Below, piece by piece: positions 1 to 9,008 of a stretch of 59,756 bases of DNA (positions within the stretch are counted from its first letter, which is position 1; each line of letters starts with the position of its first letter). This DNA comes from Thermoplasmatota archaeon. GTDB taxonomy: Archaea > Thermoplasmatota > Penumbrarchaeia > Penumbrarchaeales > Penumbrarchaeaceae. The notes beneath the pieces are model-generated. The model was not told the origin of the DNA. It saw only the letters and a list, made by a program, of their open reading frames with translations, and made no database searches. The stretch spans positions 1 through 59,756 of the forward strand of contig CBDDUX010000060.1 of NCBI GenBank assembly GCA_965234725.1, written 5' to 3'. The translations under genes and the position numbers were made by a program.

Positions 1-346
1 AGACCAACCGATTTTCATCCTTATGTGTGGCCCGTAGGGTCATGAGTGCTTCTTTATAGAAATCGATAATTAACCAATCATCCTTGAGTTTGAGTTGATA
101 TATATCCAGATCGATATTGGTCTCGTTGAATGTAACATTCCCTTTAAAATGTTGATCATCTTTCAATTCGTGGACATCAACCAGGGCCTTTTCAAGAACG
201 GTCCTGTTGATCTCAGGCATACTGGTTCCGGAACCGATGTTTTTCTGATATTCCTCCATCCCATCGGTTCCTGGATCCAGACCAATAGAGATCAGAACCA
301 ACACGAAAACAATGGCAGTAGCTCTGATCACTCTAACTTTCAACAT
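1..346 (-). CDS. Secreted/membrane-anchored hypothetical protein, 3' end runs off the window
   Basis: Manual translation of the minus strand from ATG at 346: MLKVRVIRATAIVFVLVLISIGLDPG..., open to position 1. Signal-peptide-like N-terminus, purine-rich SD (AGGGGGGA) upstream. Not in the ORF track. Confidence 0.7.
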   Translation of the reverse strand, partial: MLKVRVIRATAIVFVLVLISIGLDPGTDGMEEYQKNIGSGTSMPEINRTVLEKALVDVHELKDDQHFKGNVTFNETNIDLDIYQLKLKDDWLIIDFYKEALMTLRATHKDENRLV

Positions 347-379
347 ATTCGATCCCCCCTCTAAACTCAATTACAGGCA

Positions 380-910
380 TCAAGGTCCTCTCCCTCCCTT
401 GGATGTGATATCCTCAATTATCGCGATGACATCCTCTCTCTCAACGGATTCTTCCCCGAAGATGTGTTCAAGGTCCTCTTTCAGAGAGGTCCATGCCTTC
501 TTTCTCTGGACCTTGCCTCCGATCCTTCCGGGATCATAATGGACCCTGAGCAGGTCCTCTCGATCAATAATTACGATGCAGATGATGTCCCCAAGTGGAG
601 GGATGACACCGATCAGGAGGCCCATCATTGTATCATACCATTCGACAAGTATCCCGCTGGATTCAGCGGATTGGAGAAGGCGGGATTCCACGTTGGAATC
701 CTGTGAATTGACAGCTTTCGAAATGGCCTGTCGGGAGACTGAGAACTCATCCGATATCTCGGATTGGGACTTGCCTCTTCTTCTTAGGTCCCAGTAGAGG
801 AATTGCGATCTTGCCTTCTTTCCCTTCCTGACCATTCTATCAATTCCGAACCCACTCAAATCTGAACAATGTGAAATTGTCCAGGGTCTTCCATTTTCCT
901 GGATCGGCAT
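380..910 (-). CDS. Helix-turn-helix domain protein (putative regulator)
   Basis: HTH-like segment LRRRGKSQSEISDEFSVSRQAISKAV. The true start may be the downstream MVRKGKK. Confidence 0.65.
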   Translation of the reverse strand: MPIQENGRPWTISHCSDLSGFGIDRMVRKGKKARSQFLYWDLRRRGKSQSEISDEFSVSRQAISKAVNSQDSNVESRLLQSAESSGILVEWYDTMMGLLIGVIPPLGDIICIVIIDREDLLRVHYDPGRIGGKVQRKKAWTSLKEDLEHIFGEESVEREDVIAIIEDITSKGGRGP

Positions 911-928
911 TCCATTTTCCGATACCTG

Positions 929-946
929 TCAACCTTTAATGGTTGA
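929..946. promoter_or_regulatory. Inverted repeat TCAACC-N6-GGTTGA, putative operator downstream of a TATA box (960-968)
   Basis: Perfect 6-bp arms lying between minus-strand TTATATATG and the HTH gene start. Confidence 0.45.
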
Positions 947-985
947 TATTATTGATTGTCATATATAATGGTTTGTAATGTCTGA

Positions 986-1360
986 TTACGATAGTAACCC
1001 ATTGATCCGATCCTTGAATTCGACGATGAAATTTATGACCTCCTCAACATCATGCTTCTCCATCGGATCATTTCCGGGATATCTCTGGAAATTATACCTT
1101 ATAAGAATGGAGTTTACCTTCCTGCATATGTCGGGTCCAAGCTCTTCCCGAAAATACCTTCCAAATAAACCTCCAACATTGTGAGTAATGATCGGATCAT
1201 CTATCTTGTTCATCAGAAGTGATTTGATCAGCAATTCAAGGGAATGGATGGCACTGAACATTGAGGGTTCCAACAAACCATTTTCAAGATTATTCCTGGC
1301 AGCATCAAGATATATATTGCTCAAAATGAGATATTGCGATACCTCATCATGATCTTCCAT
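986..1360 (-). CDS. HEPN domain protein (toxin partner of a HEPN-MNT pair)
   Basis: HEPN motifs: F.AIHSLELLIKSLL, THN, Y...RYP. Overlaps the MNT gene. Confidence 0.85.
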   Translation of the reverse strand: MEDHDEVSQYLILSNIYLDAARNNLENGLLEPSMFSAIHSLELLIKSLLMNKIDDPIITHNVGGLFGRYFREELGPDICRKVNSILIRYNFQRYPGNDPMEKHDVEEVINFIVEFKDRINGLLS

Positions 1361-2019
1361 ATCTCATCTCCTCCACCTCCATCCCTCGAAAAGATGATCT
1401 TTCCCTCATTCCTAATTTCATTATAGATCCCCTCCGAACTCTCCAAAAGCTCCTTCCTTGAAGCAAACACAGGACCGATCCTGTGGTCGAGTTTATAAGA
1501 TATCCCGGAGAGGAGATCAACGAACATATTCTTGTCATTATCAGACCATTTATCTTTGATGAAGAGTAGATCTAGATCACTCTTCATGGTTCCTTCATCC
1601 CTTGCTGTAGATCCAAAAAGTATTATGATTTCAACGGACCTGCCCAGATCGCTTTCACCAATCTCATCAAGTAATTTTGAAAGATCATCCCTGAAAGAGT
1701 TTTCTTTGATCTGTACAAGAAGTGCTTTACCAGGATCAAGCTTTCCTTTAGAAAAATATGACAGATTCCTTCCTGATTCCGGGTCGACATTCAAATGGAG
1801 AGAAAATGGCAATAATCTATAACGGGCTTCTTTGCCCCTTTCATTCTTAATTATCTCCTTTTCTACGATCCCCATCGATTCAAGATCAACCAGATACTTC
1901 TGATGCAATGTGGGTTTTGTCATATCCAAAACTTGGGACATCTCCGTAAGTGACTTGCTTCCCGATAGAAGGACCTCAAGGATCTTTAAGGATACCGGGC
2001 GGAGCAATTTCTCATACAT
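1321..2019 (-). CDS. Winged-HTH (ArsR-like) fused to a minimal nucleotidyltransferase (MNT antitoxin)
   Basis: N-terminal wHTH (SLTEMSQVLDMTKPTLHQKYLVDLESMGIV). C-terminal LFGSTARDEGTMKSDLD is the GSx10DxD motif. Confidence 0.85.
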   Translation of the reverse strand: MYEKLLRPVSLKILEVLLSGSKSLTEMSQVLDMTKPTLHQKYLVDLESMGIVEKEIIKNERGKEARYRLLPFSLHLNVDPESGRNLSYFSKGKLDPGKALLVQIKENSFRDDLSKLLDEIGESDLGRSVEIIILFGSTARDEGTMKSDLDLLFIKDKWSDNDKNMFVDLLSGISYKLDHRIGPVFASRKELLESSEGIYNEIRNEGKIIFSRDGGGGDEIWKIMMRYRNISF

Positions 2020-2032
2020 ATTATCATATAAG

Positions 2033-2048
2033 CTAATTAGCTAATTAG
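2033..2048. promoter_or_regulatory. 16-bp perfect palindrome CTAATTAGCTAATTAG, putative autoregulatory operator
   Basis: Lies 13 bp upstream of the HTH-MNT start codon. Confidence 0.5.
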
Positions 2049-2090
2049 ATAATAACCTAACCATTAAATGATCAGGTTCAGTAAAAAATG

Positions 2091-2121
2091 AGGACCAAAA
2101 AGGTCCTTAAAAAAAGAAAAA
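2091..2121 (-). terminator. Putative terminator of gcvT-gcvH
   Basis: Minus-strand T-tracts immediately after the gcvH stop, plus an AGGACC/GGTCCT hairpin. Confidence 0.5.
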
Positions 2122-2123
2122 GC

Positions 2124-2537
2124 TCAGTGGCCCTCTTCTTCTGCGTGTTTTCTATATGCAGCGATGTCGAGGAGTTTGGAGATCTCTGATCCGTCCTCTA
2201 TCTTCATCTTGTAGATCCAGTTATCATAACAGTTCTCGTTGAGCTGCTCGGGAGCATCGACCAGCTCCTCGTTGATCTCCAGGATCTCTCCGGAAAAAGG
2301 AGAGTAGATCGGTGTGGATGCCTTCACTGATTCAACGGCACCCTCCGGTTCCAGCTCCTTGAACTGCGTAGCCTTCTCACCCACCACTGGCGGTTCGAGA
2401 TAGACTATATCCGTCAGATGATGCGTAGCATATGCGGTGATGCCTACTATCGCTACATCCCCTTCAATCCTTGCCCACTCGTGTGTGGGTGTGTATTTGA
2501 GGTCCTCCGGGAACTCCAATCCTGATATGTCTGACAT
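2124..2537 (-). CDS. gcvH: Glycine cleavage system H protein
   Basis: YTPTHEW, VGIT.YA, lipoyl-lysine motif VESVKA, PEQLN. Confidence 0.95.
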   Translation of the reverse strand: MSDISGLEFPEDLKYTPTHEWARIEGDVAIVGITAYATHHLTDIVYLEPPVVGEKATQFKELEPEGAVESVKASTPIYSPFSGEILEINEELVDAPEQLNENCYDNWIYKMKIEDGSEISKLLDIAAYRKHAEEEGH

Positions 2538-2595
2538 TTCGAAACCTCCTTTGACTTTCCTTGAAACGATGCAATGTATCTTAATCTTTCTCAGG

Positions 2596-3672
2596 TCAGG
2601 TCCTTGGGTTGATAACCTCTGCAGGCACCATCCTGTTCTTTATCTGGACTTCAAAGGTGGATCCTATCTCCATGAGATCAAGGGGAACATATCCCAGACC
2701 CATGCCGATCTTCTTACCGGGTATCATCGTTCCCGAAGTGACAATACCCACCTTTTTACCATCCTTGAAGATCTCCATTCCAGTCCGGGGTATTCCCCTT
2801 TCCTTGAGGTGGAAGGCCACGAACTTCGCCGGCACTCCTTCATCCTTCTGCTTTTCCAGAACATCCTTCCCCACGAAATCATGGTTCCATTTCACTACCC
2901 AGGTAACATTAGTCTCTAATGATGTCCTGTTGAAATCGAAATCCTGACCGGAGAGGAGAAGGGCCTTCTCCAATCTCAGGGTATCCCTTGCTCCAAGGCC
3001 GATGGGTTTAATACCAAAATCAGCCCCGTGCTTGAAAATGGACCTCCAAACGGCCACAGCATCCTCATTGGGTATCATCAGCTCGAAGCCGTCTTCTCCG
3101 GTATAACCTGATCTCCATACGAGATAGGTCCTTCCGAGATCCCTGAAATGCATATAATCGCAGTTGAAGAACTTCATGTCGCATGGATGGGTGGTGACCT
3201 TCTTCATCACAGCTTCCGCCTTGGGACCCTGGACCGCGATAATTGCATAATCGTCCGAAATGTTCTCGAAGACGGTCCCCGCCTTCCTGTACTTATTGAA
3301 ATGGTCCCAGTCTAACTTGATCTTTGCAGCATTTGGAACCGCGAAATAGTGCTCCTCTGAGAGCTTTGCAATGATCATATCGTCAACTATCTGTCCTTCT
3401 TCGTTGAGGAAATGGGTGTATTTCAACTGCTTCATCCTCATTCCCTTGATATCTTGTGTCAGGATATTGTCTACGGTCTCTGTAGCAGTATCGCCGAATA
3501 TCCTGAAATTTCCCATGTGGGACACATCGAATACCCCAACATTCTCCCTGACAGTTATGTGCTCATCCGTTATCGAAGTATAGTGTGTTGGAAGGTAGAA
3601 ACCAAAGAAGTCTACCATGGAGCCTCCCATCTCCTCATGTACTTCCGCCAGAGGTGTTTTCTTCAATGTCAT
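2596..3672 (-). CDS. gcvT: Glycine cleavage system aminomethyltransferase T
   Basis: FDVSHMG, AVQGP, RSGYTGEDGFE, GLGARDTLRLE, VTSG. Confidence 0.97.
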   Translation of the reverse strand: MTLKKTPLAEVHEEMGGSMVDFFGFYLPTHYTSITDEHITVRENVGVFDVSHMGNFRIFGDTATETVDNILTQDIKGMRMKQLKYTHFLNEEGQIVDDMIIAKLSEEHYFAVPNAAKIKLDWDHFNKYRKAGTVFENISDDYAIIAVQGPKAEAVMKKVTTHPCDMKFFNCDYMHFRDLGRTYLVWRSGYTGEDGFELMIPNEDAVAVWRSIFKHGADFGIKPIGLGARDTLRLEKALLLSGQDFDFNRTSLETNVTWVVKWNHDFVGKDVLEKQKDEGVPAKFVAFHLKERGIPRTGMEIFKDGKKVGIVTSGTMIPGKKIGMGLGYVPLDLMEIGSTFEVQIKNRMVPAEVINPRT

Positions 3673-3880
3673 ATGATATCTCCTTTTATCAAAGTGGACG
3701 CCACACCGATCGCCAAATCCATATTTTAATCTATGGTGAAACCGGGTTGGGAGGGTCGGAATGACTATTTACAAACGGGAAAAAAAGATGGGTCGGATCT
3801 ACTCTTCCACTCCATGGGCAAAGGTTATCTAGTGCCCCCGTAATCCAGTGGAGCCTCGATGAGAGACAGGACGGTTATCG

Positions 3881-5230
3881 ATGCATTATCTACCAAATCA
3901 CACTTCAGAAGCGGAAATGCTGAAAAAGATGGGACTATCCTCGATTGAGGACCTGTTTGACGATATACCAGAGGCCCTCAAGGCCAAGGATTTGGAACTC
4001 CCCCCTGGTATGTCCGAGTTGGAGGTCCTGAGAGATGTCGACAGAATGATGAGGAATTCCAAAGGAGCAGGGGATATGCTGATGTTCCTGGGCGGCGGAT
4101 TCTATGATCATTTCATACCAACCGCTGTGGAAAATGTCATGTCTCGTTCAGAACTCTACACATCCTATACCCCTTACCAACCAGAGATGTCACAGGGTAT
4201 ATTGCAGGCACTTTTCGAATACCAATCCCTGATCGCAGAATTGGTGGGCCTGGATGCCGTTAACAGCTCGATGTATGATCTGCCCACGGCCATCGGTGAG
4301 GGCATCCTTATGGCAAACAGGATGAACCACAGGGATGTCTTCTTGATACCTCAGCTAATTACCAGGGATAAACTCTGTGTCATTGAGAACTACACCAGAG
4401 GGGCAGGGATCAAGCTTGAAATGGTCCCGTTCAAAGAAGGAAAAATGGACCTGGAAGCACTCAAGGGGCTTTTAACTGACAATGTCTCGGGGGTCTATAT
4501 CGAGAACCCGAACATGCTGGGTCTATTCGATGAGGGAGCAATGACCATCAAGAGCATGATGGACCCAAAACAGGTTTTTATTGTCGGTATCAACCCAATG
4601 ACCCTCTCCATCGTAAAACCTCCGGGTGAATATGGAGCTGATATCGTAGTGGGGGATGCACAACCTCTGGGAATACCTATGAGCTTCGGAGGACCCTCAG
4701 TTGGCATCTTCGCAACGGATATGAAGAATGTGAGGAAGATGCCTGGCAGGATAATTGGTGCAACGAAGGATTCCGAAGGAAGAAGAGCCTTCGCAATGAC
4801 CCTTTCCACGAGGGAGCAGCATATCAGAAGGGAGAGAGCGACATCGAACATTTGCACGAACGAGGCATTGACATCGATCATGGCCGCTTCCTACCTTGCA
4901 ACCCTTGGAAAGAACGGAATGAACGAATTGGGGATCCAGCTCGCTTCAAGAGGCAACTACCTTTCTGGCAGGATAGATGAGTTGGAAGGTTTCGCAGCCC
5001 CGGCATATCCTGGCAAGTTCTTCAATGAGTTCCCGGTGAAGGTGGACGTGGACGTCTGCAAGTTCCTAAATAAATGTGAAGAAAAAGGGATCCTGGCCGG
5101 CATTAATGTTTCCGCAGAGGTCGATTCACTTGAGAATGTCTTCACGGTGGCCACGACAGAAATGCATACCAGTAAGGACTACGAGAAATTGGTTGAGGTC
5201 CTCAAGGAAGCAAGGGAGGTGTTGAAGTGA
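3881..5230 (+). CDS. gcvPA: Glycine dehydrogenase subunit 1
   Basis: YTSYTPYQPEMSQG, SFGGP, TREQHIRRERATSNICTN. Confidence 0.97.
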   Translation: MHYLPNHTSEAEMLKKMGLSSIEDLFDDIPEALKAKDLELPPGMSELEVLRDVDRMMRNSKGAGDMLMFLGGGFYDHFIPTAVENVMSRSELYTSYTPYQPEMSQGILQALFEYQSLIAELVGLDAVNSSMYDLPTAIGEGILMANRMNHRDVFLIPQLITRDKLCVIENYTRGAGIKLEMVPFKEGKMDLEALKGLLTDNVSGVYIENPNMLGLFDEGAMTIKSMMDPKQVFIVGINPMTLSIVKPPGEYGADIVVGDAQPLGIPMSFGGPSVGIFATDMKNVRKMPGRIIGATKDSEGRRAFAMTLSTREQHIRRERATSNICTNEALTSIMAASYLATLGKNGMNELGIQLASRGNYLSGRIDELEGFAAPAYPGKFFNEFPVKVDVDVCKFLNKCEEKGILAGINVSAEVDSLENVFTVATTEMHTSKDYEKLVEVLKEAREVLK

Positions 5231-6711
5231 AACACACCTTCAGGCAGGCAAGATATGACGAGGGCCTTCTGATAGAGAAAGGGAGACCGGGAAGAAAGGG
5301 AGCATCCCTTCCGCCCTGGGATGAGATGAAAGATGTCAAGGACCTTCTTCCGAATGGTATGATCCGAGAAAAATTGAACCTGCCTGAGATCTCCGAACCG
5401 GAGCTCATCAGGCATTATATCAGGCTCTCCCAGATGAACTACGGTACTGATTCCGGCATCTACCCTCTTGGTTCATGCACCATGAAGTACAACCCCAAGG
5501 TAAACGACAAGATCGCCTCCCATCCCACACTCCAGAGGATGCACCCACTACAAGCGGAAGATACAATTCAGGGATTGCTTGAGATGATGTATCAACTGCA
5601 GAAAGACCTTTCCGATATCGGAGGTCTGGATGCCTGCACACTTCAGCCGGCAGCAGGGGCTCAAGGCGAGTTCACAGGACTGCTGATAGCAAGAAAATAC
5701 CATGAGTCAAGAGGCGATCTGAATCGTGACGAGGTTATCGTACCGGATTCGGCGCACGGGACGAATCCTGCTTCAGCAGTATTGGCTGGTTTCAAGGTCA
5801 TAGAGATAAAATCCGGAGAGGACGGAAACGTTGATGTGGAAGCATTGAAGGAAGCACTCTCGGAAAGGACCGCTGCTTTCATGATCACAAATCCCTCCAC
5901 CCTTGGAATATTCGAGAGCAATATTTGCAAGATACAGGAGGCATGCCACAATGCGGGTGCTCTGCTTTACTATGATGGAGCCAACCTTAACGCCCTTATG
6001 GGAAAGGCCAGACCGGGCGATATGGGATTCGACATCATGCACTACAACCTTCACAAGACCTTCTCAACACCCCATGGTGGTGGAGGACCTGGCGCAGGCC
6101 CTGTTGCGGTCTGTGAAAGACTGACACCTTTCCTTCCGGTACCAGTGGTGATCAAGGATGGAGATACCTTTAAACTGGATTATGACAGACCAAATTCCAT
6201 AGGAAAGGTAAAGGGTTTCTACGGGAACACAGGTGTCCTTATCAGGGCATGGGCATTCATAAGGATCCTGGGCGGAGAAGGATTAAAGAGGGCTTCCGAA
6301 ATTGCAGTCCTAAATGCTTCCTATATCAGGTCGTTGATACAGGATGTCTATCCTGTCCCGTTCAGGACCAGGGACCAGAGGACCAAGCACGAATTCGTTG
6401 CATCTGCTACCTTCCTCAAGGAGAAAGGAGGATCGGCCAAGAATGTATCCAAAATGCTAGTTGACAGGGGCCTTCATCCACCTACGAATTACTTCCCTCT
6501 CATCGTTGACGAAGCATTGATGATAGAACCCACCGAGAGCGAAACCATGGAGGAGCTTGACAAATTCTCACAGGCTTTGATCGAGATCGCAGATGCCTCT
6601 GAGGACGATTTCAAAAACGCTCCTGTCAATTCAACAGTATCCAGGGTCGATGAGGTCCTTGCAGCCAAAAAGCTCATCCTCAACTGGAACCAGTTCCCTG
6701 AAGAGGAATAA
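5227..6711 (+). CDS. gcvPB: Glycine dehydrogenase subunit 2
   Basis: YPLGSCTMKYNP, SAHGTNPASA, PLP-lysine motif NLHKTFSTPHGGGGPG, MIEPTESE. Confidence 0.97.
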   Translation: MKHTFRQARYDEGLLIEKGRPGRKGASLPPWDEMKDVKDLLPNGMIREKLNLPEISEPELIRHYIRLSQMNYGTDSGIYPLGSCTMKYNPKVNDKIASHPTLQRMHPLQAEDTIQGLLEMMYQLQKDLSDIGGLDACTLQPAAGAQGEFTGLLIARKYHESRGDLNRDEVIVPDSAHGTNPASAVLAGFKVIEIKSGEDGNVDVEALKEALSERTAAFMITNPSTLGIFESNICKIQEACHNAGALLYYDGANLNALMGKARPGDMGFDIMHYNLHKTFSTPHGGGGPGAGPVAVCERLTPFLPVPVVIKDGDTFKLDYDRPNSIGKVKGFYGNTGVLIRAWAFIRILGGEGLKRASEIAVLNASYIRSLIQDVYPVPFRTRDQRTKHEFVASATFLKEKGGSAKNVSKMLVDRGLHPPTNYFPLIVDEALMIEPTESETMEELDKFSQALIEIADASEDDFKNAPVNSTVSRVDEVLAAKKLILNWNQFPEEE

Positions 6712-6870
6712 GAACAGCAATGATCGCACAGACGATCCGAAAGTTCTGGGTCACTCGCAATAAAGTCAGATCATTACCTGGATCGCATGGTCCTAACTTT
6801 TGATTTAGCCTTAACCTTAATTAACCAAATAAACATGGGGGAACCGCTCAAGTTCCGGCAAGGTGCTTTT

Positions 6871-8283
6871 ATGACTGAGAATGAACCTATGGAGATCATT
6901 ATTGTAGGTCTGGGAGCAAGCGGATTGTATGCTTCCAAGGCCGCACTCAACACCAACAGAAAATGCCATGTTACCATCATCGAAAAGAGGGACTTTGACC
7001 AGTTCTCTCCTTGTGGTCTCCCATTTGTAATAGAGGGAGTTGTCAAGGACCTCGATGATCTAAAGCATACGGTCCCTGAGGTAAAAGGCAGACTCGATAA
7101 ACTCCTCCACCATGAGGTCCTCTCTATCAACAGCAGTGAAAAAAGCCTGGTGGTCAAGGACCTGGACTCACATGAAGAGAAGGTCATGAATTACGATTCC
7201 CTTATCCTTGCCAATGGAGCAACCCCGATCAACCTTCCTGTCCCGGGGGCAAGGGAACTTGTTGGGAAAGGGGTCCATTTCGTTTCAAATCTGAATGATA
7301 CAGAAGATCTTCTAACAGCTGTCAGGTCCTCGAAGTCGAAGAGATCGGTGGTTGTAGGCGGTGGAGCAATAGGCCTTGAGGTCGCAGTAGGGCTCAGGGA
7401 ACTTGGCCACAAGGTGGTTATTACAAAGAGAACCCCACCGCCACTCCCAAGGAACCTGGATCCGGTCATGGGGGCCCATATCGTGGAAAAATTGGAATCC
7501 ATGGGGATCAGAGTGACCTTCGGTAGTGGGATAGATAGTATTAACGGAAAGGAAAAGGTGGAATCAGTAACAATAGCCGGTGAGGTCATCCCCTGCGATA
7601 TTGTCGTCATGGCAGTTGGAATGAAGGCAAATTCAAAACTGGCAGAAATGGCTGGCTGTAAGACATCCAAAGGGATCGTAACGGTGGACAACAGGATGCA
7701 GACGACCGTAAGTGGGATCTACGCTACAGGTGATCTCGTTGGGACATATTCTCGTATGGACAGATCGCCAACTACCATGCAGCTTGCAACCTCAGCTTTC
7801 AGACAGGGAATGGCGGCTGGAACAAATGCAGCAGGTGGTTCAGCCCAATACCCTGGAGCAATGAACACTTTTCTAACGGTGATCGATGGCCTGGAGATAG
7901 CAGCCACAGGGTACAATCTCGATACTGCACAGAACCTGGGTTATGATGCAATTGGCATCTCGACAAAGGGAGATGTAAAACCACATTATATGCCGGAATG
8001 TACCCAGATAAGCCTAAGGGTAATTGTCGATCGCAGCTGCGGAAGGATACTCGGAGCCCAGGCTATCGGAGAGGAAGGGGCGGCCTGGAGGATCAATGTT
8101 TTTGCACTTGCAATCCATGGAAATATGACACTCTATGATCTTCTGGATACAGAACTTGCCTACAACCCTCCGGTATCACAGATGTACGATCCGATCACCC
8201 AATTGGCTGAAATTGGCTTGAAGAGGCTCAAGCTTCCCCCAAAGGAATGTGTTTCACCTTTCTTCCCCGTTGAAAAGGAGTGA
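6871..8283 (+). CDS. FAD-dependent pyridine nucleotide-disulfide oxidoreductase (NADH oxidase / CoA-disulfide reductase family)
   Basis: VGLGASG FAD motif, single redox Cys in FSPCGLP, GGGAIGLE, IYATGD, C-terminal ELAYNPP. Start set at MTENEPM. Confidence 0.9.
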   Translation: MTENEPMEIIIVGLGASGLYASKAALNTNRKCHVTIIEKRDFDQFSPCGLPFVIEGVVKDLDDLKHTVPEVKGRLDKLLHHEVLSINSSEKSLVVKDLDSHEEKVMNYDSLILANGATPINLPVPGARELVGKGVHFVSNLNDTEDLLTAVRSSKSKRSVVVGGGAIGLEVAVGLRELGHKVVITKRTPPPLPRNLDPVMGAHIVEKLESMGIRVTFGSGIDSINGKEKVESVTIAGEVIPCDIVVMAVGMKANSKLAEMAGCKTSKGIVTVDNRMQTTVSGIYATGDLVGTYSRMDRSPTTMQLATSAFRQGMAAGTNAAGGSAQYPGAMNTFLTVIDGLEIAATGYNLDTAQNLGYDAIGISTKGDVKPHYMPECTQISLRVIVDRSCGRILGAQAIGEEGAAWRINVFALAIHGNMTLYDLLDTELAYNPPVSQMYDPITQLAEIGLKRLKLPPKECVSPFFPVEKE

Positions 8284-9008
8284 GTTCATTGAACCAATTT
8301 GAGGGGGTCGCCTCCAGGGTGGAAGTCTTGGAGGATGGAACATTCAAAATAGACGGCGGGATGCTTGTTTACGGAGTGCCCAAGTATTACGGCAAACCCT
8401 ACAAGGCAAGGCTGAAACCTCTATACATTGAAACTGGCGACCACAGGATCATTGTTGACACAGGTGTTGGTGAACTGCCTGAAAAATGGTCCAGGATATA
8501 TGGTGTAGAGAAGGAAACGGACCTCATAAGGTCACTCAAGACCATGGACCTCTCCCCTGAGGATATCACCATGGTGGTGAACACACACCTCCATTTCGAC
8601 CATACCGGGTACAACCGGTTATTCTCAAATGCAATCCAAATAGCCCATGAAGATGAGATACGGTACAGCGCCTACCCGGACAGGTTTCAGGCTGGAGGTT
8701 ATCTCCAGGAGAACATCAGAGGGATCAAATGGAAAGGGGTGAACGGTGAAACTGAGGTTGCACCAGGAGTTACGATCATCCCGACACCAGGCCATACACC
8801 AGGCCATATATCTGTCCTGGTTGAGCTCGAAAATGAGGTAGTTGTGTATACCGGAGATGTATCTCCTCTTTCTGTCAATCATGAGAAGAAGCTGATAGTA
8901 GGGATCCTTTATGATCCTGTAGCGGCGCTTTCCTCCCTGGAGTTCCTTGATATCGTGTCCAGTTGGTGGCCTGAAAAAACAAAAAGGTTCGTTTACAGTC
9001 ATGAATGA
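8280..9008 (+). CDS. Metallo-beta-lactamase fold hydrolase (AHL-lactonase-like)
   Basis: THLHFDH, TPGHTPGH, TGD, terminal SH. Confidence 0.9.
   Translation: MSSLNQFEGVASRVEVLEDGTFKIDGGMLVYGVPKYYGKPYKARLKPLYIETGDHRIIVDTGVGELPEKWSRIYGVEKETDLIRSLKTMDLSPEDITMVVNTHLHFDHTGYNRLFSNAIQIAHEDEIRYSAYPDRFQAGGYLQENIRGIKWKGVNGETEVAPGVTIIPTPGHTPGHISVLVELENEVVVYTGDVSPLSVNHEKKLIVGILYDPVAALSSLEFLDIVSSWWPEKTKRFVYSHE

Noticed and set aside
95..364. Plus-strand 89-aa ORF and the other short antisense ORFs in the track
   Set aside because: These are shadow ORFs opposite well-supported genes.
3673..3880. Glycine riboswitch between gcvT and gcvPA
   Set aside because: No glycine aptamer consensus on either strand.
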